A DNA stretch of 50,823 nucleotides from Gemmatimonadota bacterium (GTDB taxonomy: Bacteria; Gemmatimonadota; Gemmatimonadetes; Gemmatimonadales; GWC2-71-9), in contig JAEUJI010000323.1 in assembly GCA_016794805.1 (NCBI GenBank), positions 1 to 50,823 of the forward strand, given 5' to 3'. Positions within the stretch are counted from its first letter, which is position 1, and each line of letters starts with the position of its first letter. Below, piece after piece: positions 48,397 to 50,823 of the stretch. The notes under the pieces were generated by a model. The model was not told the origin of the DNA and searched no databases. It saw only the letters and a list, made by a program, of their open reading frames with translations. A program made the position numbers and the translations under genes.

Positions 48397-48521
48397 CCCA
48401 GGCCCGGTAATTGGCGGCAGTAGGTGTGGCCCTCGACCTCTGTCGTAACACATTGTCTGGTAATTACTTGCGGATTTGGATCGGGGCGGTGCGACTGGGG
48501 GGACGGCAACGTCTGGCCCGG

Positions 48522-50030
48522 CTAGTCCTGGGCGGGTTCCCCCCCGAGTTCACCCACCGGGTCGGTCATGTCCTCGTTCCCATCGGCGGGAATCGAGGCA
48601 CCGTCGGCGCCGAGCAGGCGGAAGGCCGCCCATTGGTGGCGCTTGGCGGTCTTGGAGCGGGGACCGTTGTACATCAGGGAGACGAGGAACATCCCGTCGC
48701 GGCGGCCGAGGTACCCGACCAGGGTGGACACCCCGCTCAACGTTCCGGTCTTGGCCCGCACCACGCCCGGCTCCGGCAGGCCGCCAGACAGGCGGGCCAG
48801 CGTCCCCTGGCCATTCGCCGGGAGGAGGTAAGGGAAGTTCCGCCCCGCGGCGGTGTTCTGGAAATTCGCCATGTAGGCGATGAACGTCGCGGGCGTCACC
48901 CGGTCTTCGTGGGACATGCCGCTGCCGTCCACCAGGTTGACCCCGCCGGCCACCCCGGCCACCTGCTGCACATGCTCGGTGAGGAGCGCCGGCCCGCTGT
49001 CCGGGCCCGCGGCCCAGCGGAGCAGCAGTTCCGCGCCAATGTTGAGGCTGCGACGGTTCACTTCGTAGGCCACCGAATCAAAGGTCGGTGACTCGACCGA
49101 CGCCATCTCTTCGGTCGGCGGGTTTTCCACCGTGATCGGCGAGGGCGTCCGGTCCCACACGATCCCGGCCTGTTCCAGCGCCCGGGCCCAGGCCGCGGCG
49201 AGCACCGCCTTTGGATCGCCGGCCACGGTGACCAGTCGCCGCACGCCGGCGCCGCTGCCCACGGCTCCAGTGACGAGGTACCCGCCATCGGCCATGCGCC
49301 GGATTCGGAGCCGCGAGCGGCGCCCGGCGACGGTGGTGGCATGGATCGTCACCAGGGCGTTGAGGCCGGCGGGCGAGGTCTCGACCAGGGTCGGGCGGGC
49401 GCCGGACTTCCGGCCAGGCGCCACATGCAGCCAGACCACGTTCTCGTGCAGCGTGATGGCCCCGACCAGCGGGGCGTAGATGCTGCCCCAGTTGGCACGG
49501 CGCCAGCTCGCCGGAAAACTGGCGTCGGCGGCCGAGCCATCGCCGCTGACCACCGCGAGCGGGCCACGGAGGCGCCGGACCCCGGACTGCGCCAGCTGGT
49601 TCGCCAGGTCCTGCAGCCGCGGGCCATGGCCGTCGGGACTCTCGAGGGTCGGGTCGCCGTTCAGTTCCAGCGCCCAGCGGCCATGCCATTCCCCGGTGAC
49701 CTCATCGAGCGACCCGTAGCCCATCACGCGGGTCGAGCGGCGGGCCTCGCCGCCGAGCACGCTGCGGGCGTATCCGGTCGTCAGGAGCTTGACCGTGGAG
49801 GCCGGAATGAGGGAGGCATCCGGGTTGATGGTCCACAGGAGCTGGCCATGCTGATCGGCGACCGCGATACCCCAGGTTCCCGGCGCGGCCCGGCGCGCGG
49901 TGCGGTACCACTGATCGAGCCGCAGCTTGAGGGGGCGGGGGAGTTCCTGCGCCTGCACGCGCTCCGGCAGCGCCATGGCACAGAGCGCCAGGGCGAATGC
50001 GATGAGGGTGCCACGTGTGATCAGGCGCAC
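48522..50030 (-). CDS. dacB: D-alanyl-D-alanine carboxypeptidase/endopeptidase (PBP4, peptidase S13)
   Basis: SxxK PASTVK, GDPTL, SxN RSLN, DGSGMS, KTGT. Confidence 0.9.
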   Translation of the reverse strand: MRLITRGTLIAFALALCAMALPERVQAQELPRPLKLRLDQWYRTARRAAPGTWGIAVADQHGQLLWTINPDASLIPASTVKLLTTGYARSVLGGEARRSTRVMGYGSLDEVTGEWHGRWALELNGDPTLESPDGHGPRLQDLANQLAQSGVRRLRGPLAVVSGDGSAADASFPASWRRANWGSIYAPLVGAITLHENVVWLHVAPGRKSGARPTLVETSPAGLNALVTIHATTVAGRRSRLRIRRMADGGYLVTGAVGSGAGVRRLVTVAGDPKAVLAAAWARALEQAGIVWDRTPSPITVENPPTEEMASVESPTFDSVAYEVNRRSLNIGAELLLRWAAGPDSGPALLTEHVQQVAGVAGGVNLVDGSGMSHEDRVTPATFIAYMANFQNTAAGRNFPYLLPANGQGTLARLSGGLPEPGVVRAKTGTLSGVSTLVGYLGRRDGMFLVSLMYNGPRSKTAKRHQWAAFRLLGADGASIPADGNEDMTDPVGELGGEPAQD

Positions 50031-50105
50031 AGGGTCGTCGTACCTCGTGGTCTCAGAATGCTCGTCGGCTGGCCGGAAAGCGGAGAATGCCGGGCAGGAC
50101 GGAGC

Positions 50106-50133
50106 AATTTACCGGTGGATCGAAAGTTGGCAA
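50106..50133 (-). promoter_or_regulatory. sigma70-like promoter for dacB
   Basis: Minus strand TTGCCA, 16 nt, TAAATT. Confidence 0.5.
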
Positions 50134-50244
50134 CCCGCGTCCCGGCAACAGCTTGGAACGCCCATGGGCCGAATCGGGGTGCCCCCGGAGGGTGAAAACA
50201 GCAAGTCGGGGGCCACCAGGGGGGATTGCGCAGGGTGGGGAGGG

Positions 50245-50276
50245 AAAACGACAGGGGCGGGGGAAGCCCCCGCCCC
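50245..50276 (-). terminator. Intrinsic terminator after acyl-CoA dehydrogenase
   Basis: 10-bp stem GGGGCGGGGG-CTT-CCCCCGCCCC followed by TGTCGTTTT on the minus strand. Confidence 0.75.
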
Positions 50277-50292
50277 CGGATGGGCGACGGAC

Positions 50293-50823
50293 CTACTTGA
50301 GCAGCAGCTTGGCGATGGTCTGGAGCTGCATGTTGCTGGTGCCCTCGTAGATGGTGCCGATCTTGGCGTCGCGGTAGAACTTCTCCGCGGGGTACTCCTT
50401 GGAATAGCCATACCCGCCGAACAACTCGAGGCATTGGCTGGTGATCCGGTCGGCCACCTGGGAGCTGAACAGCTTGGCCATCGCGGCCTCGAGCTGAAAC
50501 GGCTCCTTCTGGTCCTTGAGGCGGGCGGTGTTGTACACCATGAGCCGGGACGCCTCGAGCTCCGTGGCCATCTGCGCCAGCTGGAACTGCACTCCCTGGA
50601 ACTCGGCGATCGCCTTGCCGAACTGCTTCCGCTCCTTGACGTAGGCGGCCGCGGCATCGAGCGCACCCTGCGCCACCCCGATCATCTGCGCCCCGATGCC
50701 GATCCGGCCCTCGTTCAGGGTCTCGATGGCGATCTTGTACCCCATCCCCACCGGGCCCAGCACGTTTTCCTTGGGCACCCGGCAATTCTCAAGGATCAGC
50801 TCGGTGGTGCTGGAGGCCCGGAT
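50293..50823 (-). CDS. Acyl-CoA dehydrogenase (short/branched-chain type), C-terminal part
   Basis: [39 protein letters not shown]; 5' end lies outside the window. Confidence 0.93.
   Translation of the reverse strand: MRASSTTELILENCRVPKENVLGPVGMGYKIAIETLNEGRIGIGAQMIGVAQGALDAAAAYVKERKQFGKAIAEFQGVQFQLAQMATELEASRLMVYNTARLKDQKEPFQLEAAMAKLFSSQVADRITSQCLELFGGYGYSKEYPAEKFYRDAKIGTIYEGTSNMQLQTIAKLLLK

Overview
High-GC bacterial chromosomal window, probably Gemmatimonadota (inferred from gene content and style; no marker gene is present). It is densely coding with about 50 CDS. I saw no rRNA, tRNA, CRISPR array, integrase or transposase. Main blocks: (1) ECF sigma / short anti-sigma / His-rich LTxxQ protein / TolC-MacAB-type ABC efflux / DUF5916-like operon; (2) GT4 glycosyltransferase, then a sigma54 activator with a pseudo-receiver domain, a ZU5-like lipoprotein and a TPR protein; (3) cls-like PLD, HDIG protein and a FadL + SGNH lipase pair under a near-consensus sigma70 promoter with an overlapping palindromic operator; (4) cyclophilin, YyaL, tryptophanase and an HI0933 flavoprotein; (5) secreted VIT-vWA protein, ECF sigma, two paralogous zinc-finger anti-sigmas and two paralogous OM beta-barrels; (6) M28-GAF/fRMsr-hydrolase-unknown-polX-nth cluster, whose PolX lacks the polymerase catalytic aspartates; (7) HEAT protein, M42 peptidase and an Ig-like/jelly-roll lipoprotein; (8) a probable metal-homeostasis island: a leaderless Cys/His-rich DUF2946/CruR-like upstream ORF ending in an atypical IGPP arrest-like motif, a TonB receptor, a His-rich lipoprotein, ECF/anti-sigma, and a convergent autoregulated two-component operon; (9) dacB and a partial acyl-CoA dehydrogenase. 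Best candidates for an undescribed system are blocks 8 and 5. All family assignments come from motif recognition by eye, not from database searches.
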